DNA of 64,000 bases from Lama guanicoe (lineage: Eukaryota): assembly GCA_013239625.1 (NCBI GenBank), contig MU053933.1, positions 2,751,026 through 2,815,025 on the forward strand, read 5' to 3'. The notes beneath the pieces were generated by a model that saw only the letters and a program-made list of their open reading frames with translations, was not told the DNA's origin and made no database searches. Both the position numbers and the translations under genes were made by a program. This document shows positions 36,501-49,800 of the stretch, in pieces. Positions within the stretch are counted from its first letter, which is position 1, and each line of letters begins with the position of its first letter.

Positions 36501-37324
36501 GGGGAGGGAGCCGGCGCTCAGCCTCTGGGAGCATCTGAGAGAGGCCTCAGGTGGCGAGCTGCCCTGAGTCGGCAGTGCCCAGGATTTGGGAGGGGCCCCA
36601 GAGGTGTTTGCTGCCCGCCCAGCTTAAGAAGAGGGACAGTCTCACCCACCAGGGGACTCTCCCCATCACTGTTCACCATGGTTTTACCCCAAGTTCACGG
36701 AAGTCGTTTGGTTTCACTTTTTGAGCCTTAGAAAGATGTGCCCTGTATGTCTCTTACTAATCGTGTCCACATGGTTATCGAGGGAGTGTAATGGGAAGCT
36801 GGTCGGGGCTGAAGCAGCAAGTTGGCGGAGGGAGGCCGCGGAGACCAGCAAGGGCAGGGGGAGACGTGCTGAGGGGAGGTCGGGACCACGGTGGGCGCGG
36901 AGCGGTGGCTGTGACCACTGACTGACAGGCTCCCTGAGCAGGACATGGGACAAACCCTGGCTGCTCCCTCCTCTCACCTCCAGTCTCAGCCAGCACCTCC
37001 CCTGGGCTGAAACTCAAGGACACCAGTCGACAAGGGAGCCAGGAAGTGTGGTTTCAGAGCACAGAGTGGACGGGAGGGTGGGGATGGATCTGAGCGTGAG
37101 CGGGCCCTCGTCTGAGTTCACGTGCACGTCTGTGCAGTGTCCCTGCCTGAGGGACATCGGGCGGGTTCCAGTCTTCTCTCTGATGTGTGTCAGAGAGGTG
37201 CAGGTGTTTCTCTAGAGTGTTTTCCAAACTTTCTGACCACAGTATTTTCATTATGACCCAAGGCAAACACACAACTGAAACCAGTGCTTACGAAGCAATA
37301 CTTACCCTCAGGGTGTATGATACC

Positions 37325-37700
37325 NNNNNNNNNNNNNNNNNNNNNNNNNNNNNNNNNNNNNNNNNNNNNNNNNNNNNNNNNNNNNNNNNNNNNNNNNNNN
37401 NNNNNNNNNNNNNNNNNNNNNNNNNNNNNNNNNNNNNNNNNNNNNNNNNNNNNNNNNNNNNNNNNNNNNNNNNNNNNNNNNNNNNNNNNNNNNNNNNNNN
37501 NNNNNNNNNNNNNNNNNNNNNNNNNNNNNNNNNNNNNNNNNNNNNNNNNNNNNNNNNNNNNNNNNNNNNNNNNNNNNNNNNNNNNNNNNNNNNNNNNNNN
37601 NNNNNNNNNNNNNNNNNNNNNNNNNNNNNNNNNNNNNNNNNNNNNNNNNNNNNNNNNNNNNNNNNNNNNNNNNNNNNNNNNNNNNNNNNNNNNNNNNNNN
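37325..37700. other. Assembly gap (376 N)
   Basis: Run of n characters. Confidence 1.
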
Positions 37701-38815
37701 ACCATCACTGCATCTCATAAAATCAACTTCATCACTCACTAATGGATACGCAGTTTGCAAACCACGGCTCCAGGGTGCTTATCTAAGAATGGCATTGTAG
37801 TGATGATGTCGCCTGTACATCTTTCATTCTACTGGGAAATGTCAAACAGCTTTCAGTACGACTCCATGTACCCATCAGCAGTGCAGAAAATAGCTTGCCA
37901 TTCTTACCAACATGTGGTGAGGACACAGTGGAATCTCATTGTAGGTTTTATTTGGCATTATTTACTATCGAGCAAGAGTAATTTTTCATTTCTTTATGGG
38001 CTGTTCCTCCATCTTTTCTGTGACATTTGTTAAGCCCATCTTTCTTTTGTGTCGTCTGATTTTTTCTTTTTATAATTTGTAGATGTTTTTCATGTATTCA
38101 GGATACTAATCCTTTGTAGCAAATGTCTTTTCTGTTTTAAGCTTGTCTTTTCACTTTTATTTTTGTGTCTTTTTATGCACAATTTTTTTCTTGAGGATAG
38201 TTGCATGCATCAGTCTTGTCATTTATGGATGAATGTTTTGCATTTTATTTAAGAAATTCTTCCTCCACTTGTGATCACAAAATATTCTACATAGTCAGTT
38301 CAAAATGTTTTTCCTTTTACACTTACATTCCTTTAATGCATTTGGAATTTATTACCATTTTTGAATCACGGTCTGAGAGAAGGATTCAATTCCTTCTTAA
38401 CTAACATTCTTGCACCATTTGTAAGGCCCATCCTTTCCTGCTGAGCTGTAATTGTCTGTTTCCATATCTGTGAGTGTGTACTTTGGAGCTTTCTACTCTG
38501 TTTGGTTAATCTCTTTGTCTAACCCTCTGCTGATACAATGCTGTCTTAATTATTGTATATTTTAATATATCTTGATACCTAGCAAAGCAAATGCCTCACC
38601 TGCGTTCTTCTAGAATATCTTAACAGTGCTTAGACATTTGTTCTTTCATACAAATCTTGGTTCAATTTGTGAAGTTCCAAAAAACTGTGGTTTGAATTGC
38701 ACTGAGTCTAGACATCAGTTTAGAGACACTGGACATCTTTATGAAGATTTTGGTCTTCCCATTCATGAACATAGTATTTCTCTCCACTCATGAATGTCTT
38801 CTTTGATGAATTTCC
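37701..38815 (-). mobile_element. Ancient L1M ORF2 fragment
   Basis: T-rich; GGATACTAATCCTTTG, CTGTCTTAATTATTG, GACATCTTTAT and TCTTCCCATTCATGAACATAGTATTTCTCTCCA are L1 antisense motifs. Confidence 0.75.
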
Positions 38816-39225
38816 AGGGGGAAAGGATCTGATGTATTTATTTAACAGTTTGAATAAATAAATGTATTCAAAAGCTTGAAAAGCTGCTTGTGGGGTGGGT
38901 GTGAGGGCGTATTAATTCCTCAGCATGTCCAGAGGAATCCTCTGGCCAAGAGATGCAGATGCTGGCACTGAACTGCCCTGCCTCTGTTCACTGTCTGGGG
39001 GGCACAGGGCACCACAGCGTCTGCTACAACCGAGGAGCAGGATGTTAAAAAGGCATTCCTACAAGTGCAAGACCCGTTCTAAGTCCACTATTTGCTGCAA
39101 TGAGCTTTTAATCTTTTCACATGTGGACACAAATCAAAGATTTCATTTCTCATATTTTTGAAGTGGCCTTCTAGGAAAAGGGATTTTTATTTGCCCCACT
39201 GTCTCTTTGTCACTCCAGTGCTTGG

Positions 39226-39660
39226 TGTGCTGAGTGGAATGATGTCCCCACAAAATTCATGTCCTTCCAGAACCTCGGTATGTGACCTTATTTGGATACA
39301 GAGTCTTTGCAGATATAAATAGTTAAGGTGAGGTCACACTGGAGTAGGGGGGACCTAAATTCATGACTGGTGCCCTTATAAGAAGAGAGAAGGAGACACA
39401 CAGGGAGAAGACACCACATGAGACAGAGGCAGGCATTGGAGTGATGTCCCCACAAGCCGGCGGACACCAAGATCGCTGGCAACCATCAGAAGCCCAGAGA
39501 GAGACAGGCAAGGATTCTCCCTCACGGCCTCAGAAGGAAGCAGCCCTGCCGACACCCTGGCCTCAGACGTCCAACCTCCAGAACTGAGAGACACTAGATT
39601 TCTGCGGTTTAAGCCCCCCGGCCTGCAGTACTTTGTCACAGCAGCCACAGGACACTCACA
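39226..39660 (+). mobile_element. MLT1B/C-like MaLR LTR, near full length
   Basis: AAAATTCATGTCC, TGTGACCTTATTTGGA, GTCTTTGCAGAT, GACTGGTGCCCTTATAAGAAGAG, CCTCCAGAACTG, GTACTTTGTCACAGCAGCC. Confidence 0.88.
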
Positions 39661-41089
39661 TGCCCGATGGCTGTGACACACCTAGATGGACGTGTCTCCC
39701 CTGAGCTGACTGGTCGTTATGGCCAGGCCCAGGGTCAGGAGAGCCTGAGACAGGCCTGGGTCTTCAGAGGTCATGTCACGGGAGGGGCCACAGGCATGTG
39801 CTCTGGAGAAAACAGGGGACCAGCCGAGGGGCAGGACCCTGGGCTCTCCTGGGGCCGCTTGAGGGGCCACCTCCCCTGCCCCTAGCCATGGCCTTGTCAC
39901 TGGTGTCCCAGCGTGGTTCAGGATCGTTCTGGAAGGCCAGAAGCTCTGGGATGGAGACGAGAGCTCTGCTTCCCAGGGTGTGAGGAGCGAGAAAGGCAGC
40001 AGCCAGGGTCCCGGCTTCTCCAGGGGCCTCAGGAAGGGCCCTGCAGTGGGAGCTGCCCCCAGCCCGCAGATGGTGCCCGCGTCAGCTATCAGCACTTGGC
40101 TGTCCTGTGTGATACCAGGTCCCGTCCTGGCCACTCGGCAGTCGTCACCAGACACGGAGGCACCCTCCAGGAACTGGGCCTGGCGAGACGTTTCTTTGGG
40201 GAAGCCATGGAGGTGCTCACAGGAGCGGCCACATGAGGAGAGCGCCCTGTGGAGGGGCGTCTGACGGTACCGGCTGGTGGCTCCCACTGCACTGGCTGCA
40301 GAAGGCCTGCAGGCGTGACCGGGAGACACCACCAATGTGCCCGGCTCAGGGGCTGCTGGACCCACCCGCATACCCTCGGCTGCTCCCGCCGCGACGCCCC
40401 GGAACCAGGGTGCTGCCCCAGCCAGTGGGACCTGGAGCCCGGGAAGGAGCCCCACTGCGGGGCAGGCACGGTTGATTAAGTTATGGGCCATTGCTGATTA
40501 ATAAATAACGTCCAGGCCCCTCCCCTCCCCGGGGTGAGGCTGGGGCTGAAAGGAGGGTCTGAGCTCTAATCCGGTGGTTGCTCCCTCTGGTGACCAGCCC
40601 TGTCCTCCCTCCCAGTGTCACCTCACTAGCACAAGCCCAGGTGTGGATGAAAGGGCTTGTTAGGAAGGACAAAAGATGCTCCTCTCACCCCACCATGCAG
40701 GGAATTCCACGGGTTTCAGAAGCCCCGTGCCAGCACCAAATGTCCCAGGTGTCACCCCCAGCCCAGCTCTCCATACTGCGGTGGTCTCCTTCCTACCCCA
40801 CCCCGGGGCCCCAGACCCCAGGCGGCATTTGAAGTTCTTGGGGTAATTCCTGCTTGGGGTCTTTACATCTGATCCTCTGTAGGAGCAAAGCTAAAGTTGC
40901 CTTTTACCTGTTATTTTACTTTTTGAATCTTATATAAAATTTACTAATTTTGACCACGACCGCTGCCACCACCACCAGTGACACAGGGGGTGCATGATTA
41001 AATGCCAGCTAGCTGCCGTGTGCCGCGTGCTCCCAGCGGGGTGCAGACTGAGGCAGCAGACACCTGAACCGTCTCTAACAAAGTGTTGT

Positions 41090-41395
41090 ACCAGCTGTAG
41101 TGACATGAAATTGACATGCAGTAAGCTGCAGATAAAGTGTACAGTTTGATGCAGGTGACATGTGTGTACACCTGGAAATCCATCACCACCATCCGCATGG
41201 TGAACAAATAAATCACCATGTGATGCTCAGAAGTGGCCTGGGCCCCTTTGTCATCCATCCTTCCTGGCACCCCACCCCCACCCCAGCCCAGGCAACGACT
41301 GGTCCACTCTGTAGCACCTCCTAGGATCTTCCATTAAGGGAGTCCTAGTATGTAACCTCTGTCTGGCTTCTTTCACTCAGCACAATACTTTGACT
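41090..41395 (-). mobile_element. L1M 3'UTR fragment
   Basis: TAAAGTGTACAGTTTGATG, CATCACCAC, TGTCTGGCTTCTTTCACTCAGCACAAT. Confidence 0.65.
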
Positions 41396-41729
41396 GACTT
41401 AGTGGCGAGCTCTCCCCTCTCCATTCTTCTGGCCCTGGGTGTGAGTCCCTTAGCCCTGAATTTGTTGGATGTCCTAGCTGGTTCCCATGAAAAGAGAGCA
41501 TGAGATGGGGGCTGAGTCCAAGTACTTTATGGGAACTGTCATCCAGGGTCAGGAGGGGTGCAGGGAAAGATGTCAGGTGATGACAGGATGTGAGCTGAGC
41601 AGCTCGTGTAGCTACTGGGCGCTCTATCCTCTTCCTAAGTCGGCGTCTGCTCCTGACCATCAGGCATTACTATTCCAAGGGCAGGGAGGGCCCTCACGTT
41701 CACTGAAACCCCTTTCAAACCCTCAATAG

Positions 41730-42560
41730 ATCTTAATCATTCTATCCAGTTGTACGCATGTCTTAGTAAATTCACTCACACTAGGCATCTTATGGTTTTG
41801 TCACTGTTGTAAAGGCATTTCTTCCATCATATTAAAATTGATTATTGTTGACTTATAAGAAAACTATTTGTGTGTTTTTAAGTTGACCTCTTCTCAAACC
41901 CCCATTCCCAATTAAAAAATTTTTTTAATTAACTTATTTTTAAGTTTTTGTGGGGGAGGTAACTAGGTTTACTTATTTATTTATTTTTTATAGGAAGTCC
42001 TGGGAATTGAACCCAAGACCTTGTGAATGCTAAGCATACACTCTACCACTTGAGCTACACCCTCTCCCATCCCATTCTCAATTTTTATTTATTCTAACGT
42101 CTCTGCAGTGTTGCGACTGTTTTCTCTTGGAATTACTGAATGAACAATGCTGTCATCTGCAAATACTCAATTCCAATACTTATTCTTAATTTCTTTTCTT
42201 GCCTTATCACATTGTCTAGTATCTCAAGGATAGTCAGATGTTTATTCTTATCAAGTGATTACCATTTTAAAACTATTTTTAAAGGAATGTGCAATGTTTT
42301 ACAATGAATTTCAGATGTCTGACAGGTAGCATTTAACAAGGAGGTCTGTTTTGCACCACATCACAAGAGGTTTTAGCAAGAGTTATGGAATGTCATTAAA
42401 TAGCTTGAGATTGATTCACATGGTCACATGGCTTTTGCCTTTTGACCTGCTAAAGTGGAGATTTGCAGTAATAGGTGTGCTGACGTTGACCCATCTTAAA
42501 TTCCTGAAATAGGTTAATGTTCAGTGAGCGCACAGATGACTCCACTTGGCAGGATTCTAT
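41730..42560 (-). mobile_element. Ancient L1M ORF2 fragment (host of the SINE at 41914)
   Basis: TGTCATCTGCAAAT, TTTCTTTTCTTGCCTTAT, CCATCTTAAATTCCTGAAATA. Confidence 0.55.
41914..42068 (-). mobile_element. Vic-1-type SINE, full length, with target-site duplication (TSD)
   Basis: Reverse complement reads GGGAGAGGGTGTAGCTCAAGTGGTAGAGTGTATGCTTAGCAT... Flanked by CCCATTC(C/T)CAATT at 41901-41913 and 42071-42083. Confidence 0.9.
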
Positions 42561-42839
42561 TTTGATGAGGGAGACGAGTCTTCAGTGTGTGTGTGCATGC
42601 ACACGTGCACTGTCTTGGCACTGATTTGAGCTCCTCTCAATGCCTGATGCATAACTGCATGTACTTCTTAACAGAAGTTGTGCCAATTCTCTTGAATTAT
42701 ATTTGGGACATGGGGCTTCTAAGCCAGGTGGCTTCACATGGGTCTTGCTCTCCCACATCTAAGCTGTGACTTGGTGGGAGAGGGGGACATAGAAGATTAG
42801 GCACCTTTGCTGGAAATCAACTAACCATACACACATGAA

Positions 42840-45800
42840 TCTGCTTCTTGATTCTCTACTTTTTTCTATTGATCTGAATGTCTATCCTTTTACCAGCACT
42901 GCACTGTTTCAATTACTGAACCTAATGACAAATTATTGAAATCAGGCAGAGTATGTTTTCCAACTTCTTCCCCCTTTTGACATTGTTTTGACTATTCTTG
43001 ATCCTTTGCATTTTAATATAAACTTTACAAGCAATTTGCTAATATTGCCAACAAAATCTGCTGGAATTTAGCCCAGTATTGAGAGAACTGACATCCTAAC
43101 AATATTGAGTCTTCTGATCCAAACACATGACATAACTATCTTTTTATTTGGATCTCCTTTAATATCCCTCTGTGGTGTTTTATAGTTTTAGCTTACAGAT
43201 CTTGCATGTATTTTATTAACTTTATCCCTAGGTAGTTCATGATTTTATGCTACTGTATCTGCGCTGTTGTAAAATTTAATTTGCAAGACTTTATTGCTAG
43301 AATACAGAAATACAATCAAATTTCATATTGCCCTTATGTCCTGCAGCCTTGCTAAACTCACTTGTTACTTCTAAAAGCTTATGTGCAGATTCCCAAGATT
43401 TTCTATATATGATCTATCTCATGTCCGAATAGGTACTTTTATTTCTTCCTTTCCAGTCTGTACACCCTTTACATCTTTCTCTTGACTAAGGCTTTCCTGT
43501 CTAAGATCTCCAGAGCAACACTGAATGGCAATGATGAGAGTAGCACCTCTGTTCCTCGTCTTGGGGAAAAAGCATTCAGCTTTTCGACATGAAGTATCAT
43601 GTTATCCATAAACTTTTGGTGGATGTCCCTTATCAGAATGAGGAAGTCCCTTTCTACTCCTTTGCTGAAATTTTTAGAGCGAACAGGTGTTTAATTTTGT
43701 CATACTCATTTTCTGAATTTAGGGAAATGATCCTATGATTTTTCTCCATTATTCTATTACGCAGTGAATCACATTGGTTTTTAAATGTGAAGCCAAGCTT
43801 ACATTGCTGGAATACACCATGTATGGCCATGGTGTACTATCCTTTTTCTGCCTTACCGGGCTTTATTTGCGAACTTGTTGCTAAGGACCTTTGCACGTGC
43901 ATTCATGAAGGGTATTGGTCTGCAGTTTTCTCCTCTTGTAGTGTCTTTGTCTGATGCCAGGGGCATGCAGGCCTCATGAAATGAACTGAGAAGTGTTCCC
44001 TCCTCTATTTGACGAAAAAGCTTGTGTAGATTTGCACTTATTTCTTCACTAAATACCTTAGAATACTCACTAGCGAAGCTATTGGGCTGGGGTGTTCTTT
44101 CTAGGAAGATTTTGAGTTATGAATTCAATGTTTTCAACAGATACAGATCTATGTAGAGTTCTAAAATTTCTTCTTGTATCAGTGTGAATAATCTGTGTCT
44201 TTCAAGGAACCGGCACGCTCTGTCTCAGCTACAGAATACATTTGCCAAGTTGGAATTCCTTGTGATGCTCCTTTATTGGCTTTGAAATCCTGCAAGATCT
44301 GTAGTAATGTTCATCCTTTCATTCTCAATACTGGCAATTATGTTAGCACTCTTTTCTCTTGATCAATTTGGCTAGAGATTCTAAAAAACAAAAGAAACAA
44401 AAAAGCCAGTTTTTGTTTCAATAATTTCCTGTATTATTTGTCTGTTTTCTATTCATTGGTTTCTGTCCTGATCTGTAGTATTTCCTTTCTTCTACTTCCT
44501 TCATGCTTACTTGTCTGTTTTTCCCCTTCTAGTTTTGTGAGATGAAATCTGAGGTCATCTTTCTGAGATCTTTCCTCTTTTCTAATGTCAACTTTTAGAA
44601 ATAGAAGTATGTTTCCCGCTAAGCACTGCTAAGCTTCTTCCACCAATTTTGGTATGTTGTGTTTTCATTTTCAGTTAATTAAAATAATATTTTTATTTCT
44701 GTGAGATTCCTCTCTGACTTGTGGTTTATTCAGAAATATGTTGCCTAAAATTTTCAAATATTTAGAAAGTTCACAGATAGCCACTGTGTAAGATTTATCT
44801 CTTTTGAATTTGTTAAGGTACATTTTATGGCCAGAATATGGTCTATCTTTGTGAATATCCACATGCACTTGAGAAGAATATGTTCTTCTTCTCAAAAATT
44901 ATTGCTGGATGGAGTTTTCTGTAAATATCAGTGAAGTCTAGGTAGTTTATAGCTTTGCTCATGTCTTCGATGTCCTGATGTATTTTCCTGTCTGCTTGTT
45001 CTAACAATTATCAACAGCAGAGTGTTGACAGCTTTAATTGGGAACCTGTCTATTTGTCCTTCCAGTTTTGCTTCCTATATTTTGAAGCCTGTTGTTTAGG
45101 TACATGCTCATCTGTGACTGTGCTGTCCTCTTAGAGAACTGATTACTTCACCATGACTTAGTGTCCTGCTCTATCTGTGAAAATATTCCTTCTTCTAAAG
45201 TCTGCTGATATCAAGATAGCTACTCTGACTTTCTTTTGGCTAGTGATTGAATGTTGCATTTTTTCCCCTTATGATGTAAATCTACCTATATTTAACCTGG
45301 ATTTCTTGTAAACATAATATAGATTAACAAAAAAATCCAATCTAACCATCTCTACCTTTTAACTGGTGTATTTAGGCCATTCACGTTTAATGTGATCATT
45401 CATGATTGGATTTTAATGATAACTTTGCTAGGTGTCTTCTATTTGTTTCACCTGTTTTTGTTTGTTTGTTTGTTTCCCTTTTACTCATTTTCTGCCTCCT
45501 TTTTGTGAACTGAGTACTTTTTATCATTCTGTTTTATGTCTTCTTGATTTATTACTTTTGCCTCTTTAAAAACATTTTAGTGGTTGTGCTAGGATTTACA
45601 ATATAAATCTTGCAGTAACTGGAATTTACCTTCAAAGAGCATTAGACCCCTTCACATGCAGTTTAAGGGCCTCACAGTTATATATCCCCAGTTTCTCCCT
45701 CTCACCCTTCCTGCTGTCATTACCATGCATTTTACTCTTATACTATCAACACAAAACAATGCTATTGTTTTTCCTCTAAATAGCAGCTATAATTTATAGC

Positions 45801-46536
45801 AATTAAAAACAAGGGAAAAAAAGGAGTGTATCTTATCTTCATTTCTTGCATTTGGGGTACTCTTCATGTTTTGGTGAAGATCCAGTTGGCAGACTGATAT
45901 CATACTCTTCCTGACTGATGAACATCATTTATCATTTCTCTTAGAGCAGGTGTGCCAGCATTAAACTTCTGGAGTTCTTGATTGTCTGAGATAGTCTTTT
46001 TTTCAGCCTTAATTTTTAAAAGATATTTTCACTGGTATAGAATTCTGAACTGATACTTCTTTTCTTTGAGGCTTATAAAGACATCACTTCACTGCCATCT
46101 GCCTTGCATGGTTTCTGAAGAGAATTCTGCTATAACTCATCTTTATTTCTCTTCACGTGGTGTATCTATTTTTTTCTCTAGCTGCGTTTGAGATTTTTTT
46201 TCTATGTCTTTTTCTCTCGGCAGCTTCACTATGTCATGTGCAGAGGTTTTTTGTTTTGTTTTGTTTGTTTGTTTTACTTTGGGGGGACGTTTATCCTGAT
46301 GCATGTGCTCTGTGCTTCTTTGATCTGTGGTTTGATGACTGTCATTAATCTTGGGAAATGTTCAGCCATTTTTCTTCAGATGTTTCCTTTAATCTTCTCT
46401 CTGTTTCTTTTCTTTCCTCTACTTTCTTTCTGTGATTCCAACTATATGGATATCAGACTGTTTGACATTGTCGCACAACTCTTGGATGCACAGCCCCATT
46501 CCTTTTTCACTCTTTTTATTCTTTGTATTACACTTT
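42840..46536 (-). mobile_element. Long ancient L1M fragment (ORF2 through inter-ORF into ORF1); resumes at about 47318-47495
   Basis: GAGAACTGACATCCTAACAATATTGAGTCTTC, AAAAGCATTCAGC, GAGGAAGTCCCTTTCTA, TTTTATGGCCAGAATATGGTCTATC and TTCACTGGTATAGAATTCTG occur in order; AT-rich. Confidence 0.88.
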
Positions 46537-46817
46537 ATTTAATTTATTTTTTATATGTATTTTTATTGAAGTATAGTCAGTTTACAATGCTGTGTCAATT
46601 TCTGGTGTACAGCATAATGCTTCAGTCATACATGAACACACATATATTTGTTTTCATATTCTTTTTCACCGTGAGCTGCTACAAGATACTGAATATAGTT
46701 CCCTGTGCTCTACAGTATAAACCTCTTGCTTATCTATTTAATATATATTAGTTAGTATCTGCAAATCTTGAACTCCAAACTAACCCCTCCTACCCCCTTT
46801 CCCCACTGGTAGCCGTA
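46537..46817 (-). mobile_element. Younger L1 3'UTR (related to 9433-9725)
   Basis: T-rich tail, TTGAAGTATAGTCAGTTTACAATG, TTTCTGGTGTACAGCA, AATATAGTTCCCTGTGCT, TATCTGCAAATCT. Confidence 0.88.
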
Positions 46818-49800
46818 GAAAAGTCATTTCTAAATTCTATTTTAAATTTCCCAGTGAGAGGTCAGGTTTATATCCACTCTGTCCCCAGACCACAACTCTC
46901 GGTTGTAATTCAAGAGTTTTGAATTAAGTGATGCAGCTTCTACCCATTTCCTTTATTTGGAGATTAATTACCTTGCCATCCCATTAGAGTTCAAGCAGCA
47001 ATCAGTGGTCCCTGAGTACTTTCGGCCTTTAGCCTCACGCGTGCTCTGGGATGTGCTTCGCAGGTGACATTCTTAACGCCTTGGCTAACGTGTGTGGTCG
47101 TTAACACCCATCCATGGTTCAAGCGAAGCAGCTGAAGGTGTGTCTCCCACTGATGCCCATAGTGCTTCACCTCGTAATTTCTCAGGTATCATCCCGTGTG
47201 GGGAAAAATATAAATGTGTCCCCCTTCTTTGCTAACTGGAAGCGAGAAGCATCAAATCAGAACCCCTCATTTTTTGCTCGAATGTGGCTTTCGGGATTTA
47301 ATCTCTGGAAACTCTCATCTCTGTGTTGCGATTTAGGTAATTTCTGTGGAGTTACTATCAGATTCACTGACTCTTTCCTCGGCTGAGGTGAGTTTACAGA
47401 CAAGCCTGCCAGGACCATCCTCCACCTGTTTACCGTGCTTTCCCTTCTGCGCATCACCCGTTTTACTCTGTCTCGCCGTTTCCATCTCTTTCAAGGCAGT
47501 ACCTTGCCTTAAGAAAACATTAAAAACAACCTAAATGTCATTAATGATGGGCTCACTAAGGATGCTATTTCCATGGAATGTGTGTGTAATCGTTTGCGTA
47601 AAGGCACATATTCTGACATGGAAGGAGCTACCACACATACTGTATTAATAAAACAAGTTTTAGAACCACGAGCATTGTCTCATATATGTTTTGAATTTTT
47701 GCAGAACAACTTTCTACATTGCTAGGGTAACAGACAACTATAAGATGCATTTTTAAAACAGCAGAAGTATAGTGACAGGGAATAACTTGGCAGGAGATGG
47801 AGACTCAGAGGCAGGTCAGGGGACGTTAGCTTTATTAGTAACATTTGGGTTTTTTACTGTGAGCTGTAATCGCGTTAGCTGTATGTCTTCAGCCTGCTCT
47901 GGCTCTGATTGGGGATGAGGGTGGGTGGAAGAAGGATGCTCAGACAAGAGGTGGTGGGGAAGGAGGTTGGAGGATCTGTTTGGTACAAGCTGGTTCCACC
48001 CTGCAGGTTCCATCCTGGGGCCCTAGTGTCACGCATGAGAAAGAGCACTTTGAAATGCCAGTCTCAGCTGAAATATGCCTGCCTTTCTTCTTTCTTTCCT
48101 CCCTCCCTTCATTCTCTCCAGTGATGCACAAAGCAAAGACGCTACCCTTGGGGATCTGAATTCTACTGGAGGGAAGTGGGAAGGCCACAAGCAAATGAAT
48201 GAACAAGTGAGCAAATACAGGAGCAAGAACATTAGCCACAGGTGCCCTGCAGGAAAGTAAACGAGCCTGAGGTGGTGGCGAGTGCTGGTGGGCAGGGGGT
48301 GGCTCTGAGGACCGGGCTGTCATGCTGAGCTCTGCCAGCCCAGAGGGTAGGGACGGGGCAGGGAGGGCAAGGGTCGCAGCCTCGCTGAGTGGGGTCAGGA
48401 CTTGAGTCAGGCTGGAAGTGTTCTGATGCCGATCTCGAATGTGTGTGCCTGTGTGGTGCTGGTGGCGTGTACACAGCTGGGGGCTGGTCTGCACGGAGCC
48501 GTCACTCCAGCTCATCCCGGGGGGCGGGAGACACGCAGGAGTGGGGTGGGGGTGGCACGGGGCAGCTTTGCCGTGGCCACGCCCAGGGGAGGCAAGGGGC
48601 TGGGGGCTGCTGTTTGTGCTGGAAGGCTGCCGGGTGGGCAGGAAACAGGGTGGGTAGAACCGCCAGACCCCTTCCCCCCATCAGTGTATGTTGGCAACAT
48701 GTGTTCCCTTTATCGATGAGCCTCCGTGGGGACAAGGTGGTCCTCAAGACATGGAAAGTTCGGGGTAGCTGGATGATGCTCCTGAGAATTCGGGGCCTCC
48801 CCTTCCCCCCGTGACCCAGCAAGAGTGGAGGCACTTCTGTGCAGCAGTGAGATGAGAAATGGCAGCCCCCAGACCATTATAAACGCTCACCTGTGACACC
48901 CAGACAATCCCTTCTACCAGTGTGCTCGTCACTGCCTCACGTTCGAGTTTCCCATCACAGCACCGCGTGGCCTGCGTGGCTTTTCCACAGAAACATTTCT
49001 CATCTAAGTTGATTTTTCACGGGGACGTAAGTAAGATCATTGCACATAGGTCTCATCGTTCACTTGCTGTTTCCGAATTCTGCCGACAGGACCCCCTCCA
49101 ACAACAACCCCCCGCCCCGCTTCATCGGCTGCCCTGCCCCAGGGCCCAGGGCCCGGCTGGTAGAAGGGCGAGGTCCAGGTGAGGCTGGTGGGCAGGGCTG
49201 AGATCCACAGGCCGCAAGAGGGAGTGGCAACTCTCGCCTTTCATCTGGCAGGTCATCCCTGATCATCCCCCAGAGGCAGGCATCACTCTAAAGCTGCAGC
49301 ACAAAAAAGATAAAACACTCCCCAGTGTCCCACCTGAGCATCAGGTGGGGGCGGCTGTGAGGGCAGTGAGCGAGGAGGCCAGCCAGTCATGTCGGGACAA
49401 GTGTGCAGAGAGAATAAACTGGGGCGGTGGAGGAAGTTGGGGAGGGGCAGAGGCCAGCAGAGGCCAGTGCGAGGGGCCAGGGATGCGCTGGTCCCTTGGT
49501 GGTCGTGCAATTGTGTCTCAGACATGGCAGGCCCTGTGATTAAGGAACCCGGTATGGAACTGGATACGCTTTTGGGACACACTTTGAGCTTTTCACAGCC
49601 GGCTCTGCCTACCGCAGAACTCTTCTTCCTTTCCCGATGAAAAGTTACTTTTGTAGCACAGTGAGCTGGGTGGTGTCTCTTTGGACACAGGGAGAAGGGA
49701 CAGCCTGGACAGAGGTCAGATGTCCTGCCCTTTCCTTGCCCCTGGCCTTGCCTTGTGTGCCTGGCCCTGTGTGCACCCAACTCCCTGCACAAATCAAAGA

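Noticed and set aside
37187-37760. ORFs with poly-X
   Set aside because: They span the N gap.
46188-46751. 187-aa hydrophobic, membrane-like ORF
   Set aside because: It is the T-rich antisense strand of two different L1 fragments.
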